Positions 1 through 8,666 of a stretch of 64,000 nt of DNA are shown here, piece by piece. A model generated the notes under the pieces. That model was not told the origin of the DNA. It made no database searches and saw only the letters and a program-made list of their open reading frames with translations. Every line of letters starts with the position of its first letter. Position 1 is the stretch's first letter. Source of the stretch: Escherichia phage HK3; sequence record PP526765; one strand, 5' to 3'. A program made the translations under genes and the position numbers.

Positions 1-67
1 CCAATCAAGTACTAGGTAGTTGCCTTCAACTTCTTTTAAGTTATCTTTTTCCATATCTATCACACCA

Positions 68-532
68 TTATCGTAAAACTTGGTAATCTGGTACTGCAAA
101 CTTATTGTTGTTGTTCTTAATGAGGTCTTCTTCTGTTACTAAAAATGTAAGACCACACAAGTGTGTATATCTGCTATCATACTCAAATATTTTAAGTAAG
201 TATTTACCATCATGGTAAACAGATTCTACTACACCTTTTGCAACAATCTTTCCAGTCTTGAAGTCTTTAAGGCGGTATACATTACCGGCTTTAGGAACTG
301 TTTTCATCTCAGGTTCTTTTAGTTTCTCACCAACTTCTACATCACCTAGTAAGTGAGAACTTTCAAAAGCTACATATTGCATATAAGCTTCTGAGCATTC
401 CCAGATAAAGCAATGTACAAGAGCCTTAGCAGCATGTCTTGAACAATTCAACTTGTCACAAATCTCTTTGTACATTTCATCTTTAGTTGAGTTGTCAAGC
501 ATTGCTTTTTGAACAACTTCTTTAATTTTCAT
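68..532 (-). CDS. hypothetical protein
   Basis: 154-aa ORF in compact leftward gene block; no motif recognised. Confidence 0.45.
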   Translation of the reverse strand: MKIKEVVQKAMLDNSTKDEMYKEICDKLNCSRHAAKALVHCFIWECSEAYMQYVAFESSHLLGDVEVGEKLKEPEMKTVPKAGNVYRLKDFKTGKIVAKGVVESVYHDGKYLLKIFEYDSRYTHLCGLTFLVTEEDLIKNNNNKFAVPDYQVLR

Positions 533-585
533 TTCGCTACCTTCTAAGTTTCTACAAAGGGGCTATCAAGTAACCCCTCAAGTTA

Positions 586-810
586 TTACTCAGACTTTTC
601 AGTCTTCTTGTCGGACTTCTTACTAGCCTTCTTCTCAGCTTTCTGCTCAGGTTCCTTCTCAGAAGTTTCCTTGATAATCATATCAAGAAGCTCTGACAGG
701 TCACTCTTCAGCAGAGTAACAGGCTGCTCATTGTAGAAGTTTTTGTCAAGATAATCTTTGAACTCTTCAATAGATGGAAATCCAAAAATTGGTACAGGTG
801 TCTTAATCAT
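586..810 (-). CDS. hypothetical protein (Lys/Glu-rich C-terminus)
   Basis: 74-aa ORF, co-oriented and tightly spaced with neighbours. Confidence 0.35.
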   Translation of the reverse strand: MIKTPVPIFGFPSIEEFKDYLDKNFYNEQPVTLLKSDLSELLDMIIKETSEKEPEQKAEKKASKKSDKKTEKSE

Positions 811-886
811 TACTTAGTTTCTCCATAGGCATCTTTTAAGATTGCCTTGTTAATCATTTCAGCGATTGCAAAACGAACACATACAG

Positions 887-1420
887 CTATAATTGTAGGT
901 TGCATTCTTTACTTACCTCTTCAAGTTTAACCTCAGAATCCTTAAGTCGTTTCTTATGAACTCTGAATCTTAGTAGTGAGATGATGATACCAGCTAAAGG
1001 AACAACATACAAGTACCAAACATCATATGCCTTTGCAGTAATCTGTGTAATGGTCAAGTCTTGAGCTATGGAACTGATTGCTGATACTGCCAGTATCGTT
1101 GCTAAGAAGAATGCCAGTACCATAATAATACTCAGGCATCCTCTGGCATGGTGTTCATGCTTAATGCACTTATTCTTTTCGTCAACAACCCTGTTGTAGT
1201 CATTTGTAAAGTCTCTGTAGAAAGCTTTCAAGTATTCTTGACTGTAGCCTTCAAAGCAACCTGTACCGTACCAATAATCACCACCAAAGTGTGCTATGAT
1301 ACCGGTATCTCCATTTGGTTTGGTTACTCTTAAAGAGACGTGATGACCAGTCTTCTGGTAGTCTATTTTATATCTTTCTTCGTAAATCATTTCCCAACCC
1401 CTCTCAATCGTTTGTTCCAC
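887..1420 (-). CDS. hypothetical membrane protein
   Basis: 177-aa ORF; two hydrophobic helices in C-terminal half (LSIIMVLAFFLATILAV, YLYVVPLAGIIISLL). Confidence 0.45.
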   Translation of the reverse strand: MEQTIERGWEMIYEERYKIDYQKTGHHVSLRVTKPNGDTGIIAHFGGDYWYGTGCFEGYSQEYLKAFYRDFTNDYNRVVDEKNKCIKHEHHARGCLSIIMVLAFFLATILAVSAISSIAQDLTITQITAKAYDVWYLYVVPLAGIIISLLRFRVHKKRLKDSEVKLEEVSKECNLQL

Positions 1421-1620
1421 TCAAGGTCAACAAGTCTTTGCAGGACTTTCCCTCTAGGTGTTACACCTTTTAAATCTGCATCGTAGCAACGGTAAAAGTC
1501 ACCTTCAGCGTGTTTACCATAGCATTTTCTGATATTCTGACTTCTACGATATTGTTCTAATAGAGATAGTCTGTAGTAATCTTCAACTGTAGTTAGTTTT
1601 TTCATTCTTTCACCACGCAT
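1387..1620 (-). CDS. hypothetical protein
   Basis: 77-aa ORF; overlaps downstream gene start by 34 nt. Confidence 0.35.
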   Translation of the reverse strand: MRGERMKKLTTVEDYYRLSLLEQYRRSQNIRKCYGKHAEGDFYRCYDADLKGVTPRGKVLQRLVDLEWNKRLRGVGK

Positions 1621-1688
1621 CTTCTTAAGAAACTAAAAAGGGAACTACCTCTCGATAGCTCCCATCATAGTTAACATTGTATATTCGG

Positions 1689-2270
1689 TCAAGAGTATTT
1701 TTTAGGCAGTAATGCGCTACGTTTGTTACTCTCTTCACTCAACAGTGCGATGAAGTCATCCCCTTTGCCTTTCCACGGGCTGAATGAAGGGATATGTTCA
1801 CGAATAGCCTCAATAACCGTCTTAAGTGCTGTATTTTTCATCCACCAATCGGAATCTGCTGATGCCACTACGTAGTATCCACCATCATCAGTAATGATTG
1901 GCTCTGAGATACATGGTGAAATAAGAGTGGTGATGATTGAGCCATTGTTCATGTAGTATGTGCGCTTCATAACCTTTTCAAGAAGCTTGTGAAGGTCACC
2001 AAACAGTGTTACAAGCTCTTTATGGTCAATGTCTTTTTCGAGATTTGCTCGATACTTCAAAAGTGCAGCATCAACTTCTCTGTCATTAAACTTGAAGTAC
2101 TGGACTTCCTCAACAAGACAAACACTGATGTTGTTGACATTCATAGTCAACTTGCAGACTTTTGCAGGAGAATTAATACTTGGTTGAAAAAGTGCAACAC
2201 ACCCTTCAATGTTCCCAAAATGTTGGACTAGTGTTACTTGTGGGGTAATATTCTGTTGCTCTTCGGACAT
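1689..2270 (-). CDS. hypothetical protein
   Basis: 193-aa ORF; no motif recognised. Confidence 0.45.
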   Translation of the reverse strand: MSEEQQNITPQVTLVQHFGNIEGCVALFQPSINSPAKVCKLTMNVNNISVCLVEEVQYFKFNDREVDAALLKYRANLEKDIDHKELVTLFGDLHKLLEKVMKRTYYMNNGSIITTLISPCISEPIITDDGGYYVVASADSDWWMKNTALKTVIEAIREHIPSFSPWKGKGDDFIALLSEESNKRSALLPKKYS

Positions 2271-2614
2271 TACAGTTTCCTCATTAAATACTTTTTAAGT
2301 TGTGTGTTAGGTTTCTCAAAAACTTCTATAGAAGATATCTTGACAGATTCACCACGCATACCTGTATGTTTGAATATATAGTACTCTAACATACCTATAT
2401 ACTTTGCTGGTAAGTCATGTTTGATATACACCGTTACAGAATCTTCAAATTCAACAACCTTCGTACCATCTTTGTAGTTAAACTCTTTAGGATGGTTGTA
2501 GTTGTCTATATCATACATTAAAAAGAGTCTTTTACGTTGTAGGTCAAGCTTATTTGTTAAAGACTCTTTAATGTCTGAGAAGTTTTTGTACACTGTGACA
2601 TGGAGCTTACTCAT
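2270..2614 (-). CDS. hypothetical protein
   Basis: 114-aa ORF, stop/start abutting neighbours. Confidence 0.45.
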   Translation of the reverse strand: MSKLHVTVYKNFSDIKESLTNKLDLQRKRLFLMYDIDNYNHPKEFNYKDGTKVVEFEDSVTVYIKHDLPAKYIGMLEYYIFKHTGMRGESVKISSIEVFEKPNTQLKKYLMRKL

Positions 2615-2900
2615 CGTTAAACTCTCTGACGAAGAAATAGTTGACTTTGTTATTACCTACCATAAGGTCAAAGCAGGTATTTTCAAAAGGTTTGTTGTAG
2701 GCATCATATGAAACATATGGGTCAGCTACTTGCTTAGTGCTTAACTTCTTACTTGATGGTTTTAAGAGGCCACCATACAGTTTCTTGATAGCCTCTTCTA
2801 CAACAGACCAGATAATCTCGTCAGTAATTTCTTCGTACAGGTCAAGTTCACGCTCTAGTGAGAAGTCACAAATAGGGAAAATAACCTGCACTTTACTCAT
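2607..2900 (-). CDS. hypothetical protein
   Basis: 97-aa ORF, overlapping start/stop with neighbours. Confidence 0.45.
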   Translation of the reverse strand: MSKVQVIFPICDFSLERELDLYEEITDEIIWSVVEEAIKKLYGGLLKPSSKKLSTKQVADPYVSYDAYNKPFENTCFDLMVGNNKVNYFFVREFNDE

Positions 2901-3301
2901 TAGCGAATGACCTGTGTTACCTGAATAGCTTCAGTTACTGACAAATCACCAACCGTTTCTTCTTTGACGAAGGTGAAGGTCAGTTCAACAGGCTCTTGCT
3001 CTTCTTCTTCTTGCTCAACTGGAACACCATTAAGCTCATCAAAGATTGATTGAGTTGTCCAGTCTTCTCCACCATCTGGGTAGTGGATTGCATAAAGAGG
3101 GAACTCTAAATTATACCAAGCAAAAACAGGGCAACCATCTACATCATCTCGGCATCTGTGGAGATATGTGTTTGTACCTTCAAAATGCAAATGGAGATTA
3201 CCATTCTCCTCAAAGATGAGAGCATCTTGCAGGTCTAGTTCCTCATTTTCGCTGTAACGGCTGACATCAACTTTAACGTGAATATGACTATTATTATTCA
3301 T
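2900..3301 (-). CDS. hypothetical protein (acidic)
   Basis: 133-aa ORF with EQEEEEQE stretch. Confidence 0.45.
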   Translation of the reverse strand: MNNNSHIHVKVDVSRYSENEELDLQDALIFEENGNLHLHFEGTNTYLHRCRDDVDGCPVFAWYNLEFPLYAIHYPDGGEDWTTQSIFDELNGVPVEQEEEEQEPVELTFTFVKEETVGDLSVTEAIQVTQVIR

Positions 3302-3692
3302 AAAAACCTCTCTCTGCTTGTTCGATTTTCGCTTTTAGAACTTCACACCGCTCTATGTGATATCTGGCTTCATGTTCATGTGTCGCCAAAGTTCTTTCAA
3401 GAATGGTTTTATAGTAACCTGCAAGTTGCTCTCTTGTCAATGGGTTCTCTGAAATAATATCAAGACCACTTTCACCTAGAGTATTAAACTGGCCATGTTC
3501 ATTTACATGGTAAGTCTCAAATTTGAATAAACCGTTATTAGCAGCCTCAATAGGTGAGAGTTCAACCAACTCAACAGTGAACATTGTATGCACCCTATCA
3601 CCAACTGTAACAATGTTACTTCCAATGATGCGTACAAGCGAACCATTACGAGTGTACTTAAAAGTCCCAAAGTCACTAGCCCAAAGTTTCAT
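3294..3692 (-). CDS. hypothetical protein
   Basis: 132-aa ORF. Confidence 0.45.
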   Translation of the reverse strand: MKLWASDFGTFKYTRNGSLVRIIGSNIVTVGDRVHTMFTVELVELSPIEAANNGLFKFETYHVNEHGQFNTLGESGLDIISENPLTREQLAGYYKTILERTLATHEHEARYHIERCEVLKAKIEQAERGFYE

Positions 3693-3704
3693 AGTTTTCT
3701 CCTT

Positions 3705-3733
3705 AGAAAATAAAAAAGGCTCCCGAAGGAGCC
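3705..3733 (-). terminator. rho-independent terminator downstream of endolysin gene
   Basis: minus-strand hairpin GGCTCC-TTCG-GGAGCC (3718-3733) followed by T7 run (plus-strand A run 3711-3717). Confidence 0.7.
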
Positions 3734-3743
3734 TATGAAGATA

Positions 3744-4208
3744 TTACTTTGGGTATACACTGTCAAGATAAATGTCAGCTTCCATTCTACGTCTGTTTTT
3801 CAGACCGTTTGAAGTGACCTTCTTACCTTTGACCGTAACCTTGTTCCACCACTGCATAGCTTCTGCACAACCGCCCTTATTACCAGCGTTGTGGCGCTTG
3901 ATAAATGTGGAGTCCTGCATAGCTGTGATGCCGATGTTGTATGTTTCACTTACAAGTGCATCGAACTCATTCTGAGAAGTTGGAACCTTGATAGCTTTAT
4001 TCACTGCTGCAACGAACTTCTCAACATCTGCGAGAAGATACTGTTCAGCTTGTTCAGCAGTAATTTTCATACCCATCTTAACAGGTTTTCCGTCCATACG
4101 GATTGTACCATACCCGATTGTCGGGATTCCGGCAGAATCTTCGTAAGCCTCTAACTTCAGACCTTCAAAGAACTTAATAGCTTCTAAACCTTTTCTTGAG
4201 AGTTGCAT
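3744..4208 (-). CDS. endolysin, GH24 (T4/lambda-type) lysozyme
   Basis: FEGLKLEAYEDSAGIPTIGYGT catalytic E/D/T signature typical of phage lysozymes; 154 aa. Confidence 0.85.
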   Translation of the reverse strand: MQLSRKGLEAIKFFEGLKLEAYEDSAGIPTIGYGTIRMDGKPVKMGMKITAEQAEQYLLADVEKFVAAVNKAIKVPTSQNEFDALVSETYNIGITAMQDSTFIKRHNAGNKGGCAEAMQWWNKVTVKGKKVTSNGLKNRRRMEADIYLDSVYPK

Positions 4209-4840
4209 TATTCCTCCCCTGCTGGGTTAACTGTAACTGTTGCTGCATTAGATGTCACAGAGCCACCTGCACCAGTAACTACACAGGTGTAGCTTCCTGC
4301 ATCAGCAGCAGTTGCACCTTCTTTGGTATAAGTTGCAGCAGTTGCTTCTGGGATAACTTCCTCACCCTTCTTCCACTGATAGCCTGTTGCATCAGTAGCA
4401 ACAACACTTAGTGTCAAGGTGTCACCTTCAGTGATTTCTTGATTGGTTGGCTGCTGAGTGATTGATGGTGGTTTGACAGCACCTTTCAACTTAGCATTCA
4501 GCATTGAGAATGGTTTAACTCTTGCCAGCCATTCACAGTAAATTGTGTCAACATCTTTACCATTGATGATTGCATATTGTAAGTCCATGAAGAAGTCAGA
4601 AGTTCTCATTTGAGCACCGATGCTGTAAAGCAACTCATCACTAAATGGGACTTTATAGGCTGGTTTGTAGTCAAACTTCTTAACTTCTGCAATATCAGCT
4701 TCAGGCCAATACGAACTATATGTAAGCGGTAAAATAGCCTCTTGATATGTTCTAAAATCATATCTCTTACCAGCCTTTACATTTGCAACGAAGCCCTTCA
4801 CAAACTCTTTGAAGTCTGGGTAAGTCTTTGCTTTAATCAT
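4208..4840 (-). CDS. hypothetical protein with C-terminal Ig-like domain; paralog of adjacent gene
   Basis: N-terminal 125 aa alignable to 4837..5208 product (shared FMDLQY motif); C-terminal about 80 aa resembles bacterial Ig-like domain (TLTLSVVATDATGYQWKKGEE...GSYTCVVTGAGGSVTSNAATVTV). Confidence 0.5.
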   Translation of the reverse strand: MIKAKTYPDFKEFVKGFVANVKAGKRYDFRTYQEAILPLTYSSYWPEADIAEVKKFDYKPAYKVPFSDELLYSIGAQMRTSDFFMDLQYAIINGKDVDTIYCEWLARVKPFSMLNAKLKGAVKPPSITQQPTNQEITEGDTLTLSVVATDATGYQWKKGEEVIPEATAATYTKEGATAADAGSYTCVVTGAGGSVTSNAATVTVNPAGEE

Positions 4841-5208
4841 TTCTTTTTAGCCTCTAAATGTGCGTTTAGTCTAAAATAACCTTTGTGATGCGGAGATACA
4901 TCACCAACAACAATACCCTTAACCTTATAACCTTTACCAATTACATACTGGATATCCATAAGGAATCTTCCAAGTCCAACAATATGGAACATTGGATATA
5001 ACAGTTTCTCAGAATCTGGAATATTGATTTCAGGTTTGTAGGTGCGTTGTTCGCTTGTTGGTGTAATATCTTCTTCAGGCCATTTACTGAGTCTCCATGT
5101 CAAAGGTGTTGGGATAACATCATTAAGGTTGTACCTTTCACCATTTTGCACGGAATTGATATAGGATTGTAGGAAGCAATAAAAGTCTTTTGCACTCTTA
5201 GCTTTCAT
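4837..5208 (-). CDS. hypothetical protein, paralog of 4208..4840 N-domain
   Basis: 123 aa; shares KAK..DF, FMDLQY, NAxL motifs with neighbour. Confidence 0.5.
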   Translation of the reverse strand: MKAKSAKDFYCFLQSYINSVQNGERYNLNDVIPTPLTWRLSKWPEEDITPTSEQRTYKPEINIPDSEKLLYPMFHIVGLGRFLMDIQYVIGKGYKVKGIVVGDVSPHHKGYFRLNAHLEAKKK

Positions 5209-5255
5209 TAAATATCCTTATAAATAGTTAAAGGGGCTGATGCCCCTATCCACAC

Positions 5256-5846
5256 TTAAGCTTTGGTCTTAAGTAGGTTCTTAAGTTTTTTAAGATTCAT
5301 ACTCTCATCAAACTTAAAACCAAATCCATTGACATAATCAATGAACTCGGATTTCTTACTGAGTGACAATGCGTAACTCATATCAAAGTTCTTACTTGTT
5401 TCTGCGTCTGGACTAGAGTTCACATCAAATGAAATTTCTGTCGGCTCTTGCTTACTTTTTCTAATATTATCAACCAACAAACATGTATAGTTTGCTGGAT
5501 AGAAATTTACACTACCATCAACGTAGCTGTACTTATTATTATGGATAAGGTTGGAAAAGACCTTAAGGAATGTTTCTGAGTCGTGGCAAACAAGCTTGAA
5601 TTGGCTGCTCTCTCCAAGCGCAACTAATGAGTACGGACTTTCACTATCGAAGTCATAGTTTGGATTCGATGTCGTAACTGTTACACGCATCAAGTTATTA
5701 GCAATAGTCTTCTGTTTAAAAGAATTTGGAACATAGTGAAGACCTCTATCGCACTGATTAACTAATTCTTTCAATAGGTCATTTGCATATGGTGAATTAA
5801 TTGATACAGAGCCATCACTATTATAATTAAAACTTACTGTTAACAT
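5256..5846 (-). CDS. hypothetical protein
   Basis: 196-aa ORF. Confidence 0.45.
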   Translation of the reverse strand: MLTVSFNYNSDGSVSINSPYANDLLKELVNQCDRGLHYVPNSFKQKTIANNLMRVTVTTSNPNYDFDSESPYSLVALGESSQFKLVCHDSETFLKVFSNLIHNNKYSYVDGSVNFYPANYTCLLVDNIRKSKQEPTEISFDVNSSPDAETSKNFDMSYALSLSKKSEFIDYVNGFGFKFDESMNLKKLKNLLKTKA

Positions 5847-6073
5847 TTTTCAGTTCTCCTGCGATTTATGATTTTGCTGCAATAGAGAAACGAAGTAAAC
5901 TCACTGGAAGAAACCATTAAGTGTTGTTCACTAGATTGAGCCATTGCCCTGAAATACATTCCAGTCAAAGCATCGTAGTGACTATTCTTTCCAATTGAGG
6001 TTATATAGCCATGACTCTTTGCAGTTTTATATAAATCTATAATATCTGCGATTTCTAATTGGGAACTACACAT
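5840..6073 (-). CDS. hypothetical protein
   Basis: 77-aa ORF. Confidence 0.3.
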   Translation of the reverse strand: MCSSQLEIADIIDLYKTAKSHGYITSIGKNSHYDALTGMYFRAMAQSSEQHLMVSSSEFTSFLYCSKIINRRRTEKC

Positions 6074-6237
6074 AGATAATCCTCTTGTCTTCTGTAATTT
6101 TGAAAGAACAGGTACAGACCAATTTCAGAGGATGAATAGTAGAGCAACTCTACCCTTTTTGATTCCTTACAGTGATTGGTATTTTTACCTTTCTTCGGGT
6201 TGTTTGATTTTCTCATTAAGTCTCCTTTGTAGAACAA
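6055..6237 (-). CDS. hypothetical protein
   Basis: 60-aa ORF, basic. Confidence 0.25.
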   Translation of the reverse strand: MFYKGDLMRKSNNPKKGKNTNHCKESKRVELLYYSSSEIGLYLFFQNYRRQEDYLCVVPN

Positions 6238-6315
6238 GGCAGACCTACAGCTTTAAGTAAGATGGTACAGTAATCCATACAACAAGTCAAGAACTATTGC
6301 AAGTTAAAAAAGTTG

Positions 6316-6344
6316 TTGACAAAGTACTTGACAAGGTGTAGGCT
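6316..6344 (+). promoter_or_regulatory. candidate promoter with conserved spacer motif (TTGACA-17-TAGGCT)
   Basis: TTGACA 6316-6321; 17-nt spacer AAGTACTTGACAAGGTG contains 13-mer ACTTGACAAGGTG also found at 48275 and 63533. Confidence 0.45.
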
Positions 6345-6465
6345 TATAAATACTTAGAAGATAACTTAAAAGGTTCCTCTAAAAAGGCTATTTAAACAGA
6401 TATCTTTCTGGATATCTATCTTTTATCTTAAAAGCCTTTTAAGAGGTCTTATAAGAGGCATACCA

Positions 6466-6837
6466 ATGAAAAACAGAACAAACAAAGGCCAGTTTAAAAA
6501 AGGCCAGTCTGGAAACCCATCTGGAAGACCAAAAGGCTCTCGTAACAAAAGCTCACTTGTAAAAGCTCAACTGACCATTGATAATTCTGCTGAGTTCGCT
6601 GCAAAGCTGTTTGAGGCGATTGTTACAAGGGACGCGGCTAAGCTTGCAGAGTTCGGTTTGACGACTGACGATGTAAACCTGAAGTCAATGATGGAAGCTG
6701 GTAAAACTATCATGACCCACTCAGCAGGTGAGATGAAAGCCATTGCAGCAGACACTAAGAAGACTCCTGATAATGGTGGTCAACAACAGACAGATAACAA
6801 ACCAACGTTCTCTGCTGTAGCGACTCTCAAAAAATAA
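6466..6837 (+). CDS. hypothetical protein with GNPxGRPKG motif
   Basis: 123 aa; N-terminal GNPSGRPKGSRN motif I recall from a phage/plasmid family of unknown function. Confidence 0.5.
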   Translation: MKNRTNKGQFKKGQSGNPSGRPKGSRNKSSLVKAQLTIDNSAEFAAKLFEAIVTRDAAKLAEFGLTTDDVNLKSMMEAGKTIMTHSAGEMKAIAADTKKTPDNGGQQQTDNKPTFSAVATLKK

Positions 6838-6849
6838 TTTTAAAAGGTG

Positions 6850-6879
6850 TTGACAGACTCTACAAAGTTGCTCTAAAGT
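6850..6879 (+). promoter_or_regulatory. sigma70-like promoter (TTGACA-18-TAAAGT) inside inverted repeat
   Basis: TTGACA 6850-6855, TAAAGT 6874-6879; inverted repeat GACAGACT (6852-6859) / AGTCTGTC (6877-6884). Confidence 0.5.
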
Positions 6880-6916
6880 CTGTCACATCAAACAAAATGA
6901 GAGAAGAGAGTAAAAT

Positions 6917-8332
6917 ATGAGCAAGTTATTTAAACATGCGCACCTTCATGCAGGTCGAACTGAAAATGGTGCTGTAAACCATACTTCATCAATGTCTGCT
7001 CTGGTAGACTTCTACAAAGCCGCTGGTTCAAGCCGTAGCAATGTAGAAATCTTACCAGACCTGTTCTACAAAGCTTTGCGTGAGGATGTTGATGTTGCAG
7101 TTCGTATTTTACTGCATATGCGAGATGTACGAGAAGGTATGGGCGAGCGTAAAGCTTTCCGAACTGTTTTGCTTCAAGCGATTGAAGATAAGGTTTTAGA
7201 ACCTACACAGGTTCTTCGCATTATGGATAAGATTGCAGAACTTGGTCGTTTTGATGACTTCAAAATCTTTGTAGGTACTCGTTTTGAGACAGACGCCTTC
7301 AAACATTTAGAAGCAGCATTACTAGACCCTGCAACAGCAGGTTTAGCAGCTAAGTGGTTGCCACGAGTAAAACCACGCCACAAACAGTTTGTAAAACGTT
7401 TCTGCAAGTTTGCAAACTTAAGTGAGAAGGAGTATCGCACACTGTTGTCTGCACTATCTGATACGGTTGAGCAAAAAATCTCTGCTAATGAGTTTGGTAA
7501 GATTGACTACAGCAAGATTCCTTCACTAGCTGCTGCACGTTACCAAAAACTCTTTAACCGTAAAGATGGTGAACGTTACAAAGCTTACATCGAGTCGCTC
7601 TCAAAGGGTGAGGCTAAGATTAATGCTGGTGCTGTTTACCCATACGATGTGATTAAATCTATTAAGTATGGTAATGCAGATGTTGCTAATGAGCAGTGGA
7701 AAGCACTTCCAAACTGGATGGCAGAAGGTGAAAACATCTTGTGTATGACTGATGTTTCAAGCTCAATGTCTTGGGTGAATCTTGGTTCAATCACTGCCCT
7801 TGATATTGGTGTATCACTTGCTTTGTATGTAGCAGAACGCAATACTGGTTGCTTTAAAGATGAGTTAATGGTTTACTCAACAAACCCTCACTTCATTGAA
7901 CTGAGTGGTGATTTACGAAACCGTCATCGTCAGGTGATGCGTCACGTTGAATATGGCTCAACTAACTTACAAGCAGCTTTTGACCGTATTCTTGAAATAG
8001 GTAAGAGAAACAACTTGACTCAGAAAGATATGCCAAGTAAGCTTATTATCTTCTCTGATATGGAGTTTAATCAGGTTGATGGTGCAAATGGTCATACAAA
8101 CTTTGAAGCAATTCAGAGTAAGTACAAAAAAGCCGGATACGAAATGCCACAACTAGTATTCTGGTACTTAGCAAACCGTAATGGTACTTGCGAAGTATCT
8201 GTTAAGGATAATGGTGTAGCAATGGTATCAGGGTTCTCTCCAGCCACTTTAAAAGCTCTACTTGGTGGTGAGAAGTTTGACCCAATCAGCGTAATGCTCA
8301 AAGCAGTAATGATTGACCGTTATATCTGGTAA
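6917..8332 (+). CDS. vWA-domain protein with Ro60-like architecture (alpha-helical N-domain + C-terminal vWA)
   Basis: 471 aa; MIDAS-like DVSSSMS ... GSTN ... IIFSDME in C-terminal half; helical N-terminal about 270 aa; lies immediately upstream of tRNA array. Confidence 0.6.
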   Translation: MSKLFKHAHLHAGRTENGAVNHTSSMSALVDFYKAAGSSRSNVEILPDLFYKALREDVDVAVRILLHMRDVREGMGERKAFRTVLLQAIEDKVLEPTQVLRIMDKIAELGRFDDFKIFVGTRFETDAFKHLEAALLDPATAGLAAKWLPRVKPRHKQFVKRFCKFANLSEKEYRTLLSALSDTVEQKISANEFGKIDYSKIPSLAAARYQKLFNRKDGERYKAYIESLSKGEAKINAGAVYPYDVIKSIKYGNADVANEQWKALPNWMAEGENILCMTDVSSSMSWVNLGSITALDIGVSLALYVAERNTGCFKDELMVYSTNPHFIELSGDLRNRHRQVMRHVEYGSTNLQAAFDRILEIGKRNNLTQKDMPSKLIIFSDMEFNQVDGANGHTNFEAIQSKYKKAGYEMPQLVFWYLANRNGTCEVSVKDNGVAMVSGFSPATLKALLGGEKFDPISVMLKAVMIDRYIW

Positions 8333-8350
8333 AAAGTTTTAAAAAGGGTA

Positions 8351-8379
8351 TTGACAATGTGTTTGATACCCTTTAATAT
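8351..8379 (+). promoter_or_regulatory. sigma70-like promoter (TTGACA-17-TAATAT) for tRNA array
   Basis: consensus -35 and near-consensus -10 with 17-nt spacer; flanked by inverted repeat AAGGGTAT / ATACCCTT. Confidence 0.65.
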
Positions 8380-8442
8380 GTTCTACATAGAAACGAGATG
8401 AGAGCTTTTCTAAGATACTGAAAAATATTTTAAAAAAGTTCT

Positions 8443-8471
8443 TGACAACCACTAAAAAATAATGTTAAAGT
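8443..8471 (+). promoter_or_regulatory. sigma70-like promoter (TTGACA-17-TAAAGT)
   Basis: TTGACA 8443-8448, TAAAGT 8466-8471; overlapping hairpin CCACT...AGTGG. Confidence 0.5.
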
Positions 8472-8497
8472 GGTTACATAGAGTTTGAAAAGTTTAT

Positions 8498-8574
8498 CTC
8501 TGTTTAGCTCAGCTTGGTAGAGCGTTCCGTTTGGGGCGGTAAGGCCGGAGGTTCAAGTCCTCCAACAGAGACCA
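8498..8574 (+). tRNA. tRNA-Pro (anticodon UGG)
   Basis: manual fold: acceptor CTCTGTT/AACAGAG, D-loop AGCTTGGTA, anticodon loop TTTGGGG, T-arm GGAGG-TTCAAGT-CCTCC, encoded CCA. Confidence 0.75.
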
Positions 8575-8581
8575 AATTAAT

Positions 8582-8659
8582 GTTCCAGTAGACAAAATGG
8601 TATAGTCACCACTCTTTCAAAGTGGATATTTGAGGGTTCAAATCCCTTCTGGAACGCCA
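8582..8659 (+). tRNA. tRNA-Glu (anticodon UUC)
   Basis: manual fold: acceptor GTTCCAG/CTGGAAC, anticodon stem CCACT/AGTGG loop CTTTCAA, T-loop TTCAAAT, CCA. Confidence 0.7.
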
Positions 8660-8666
8660 GTTTTGA

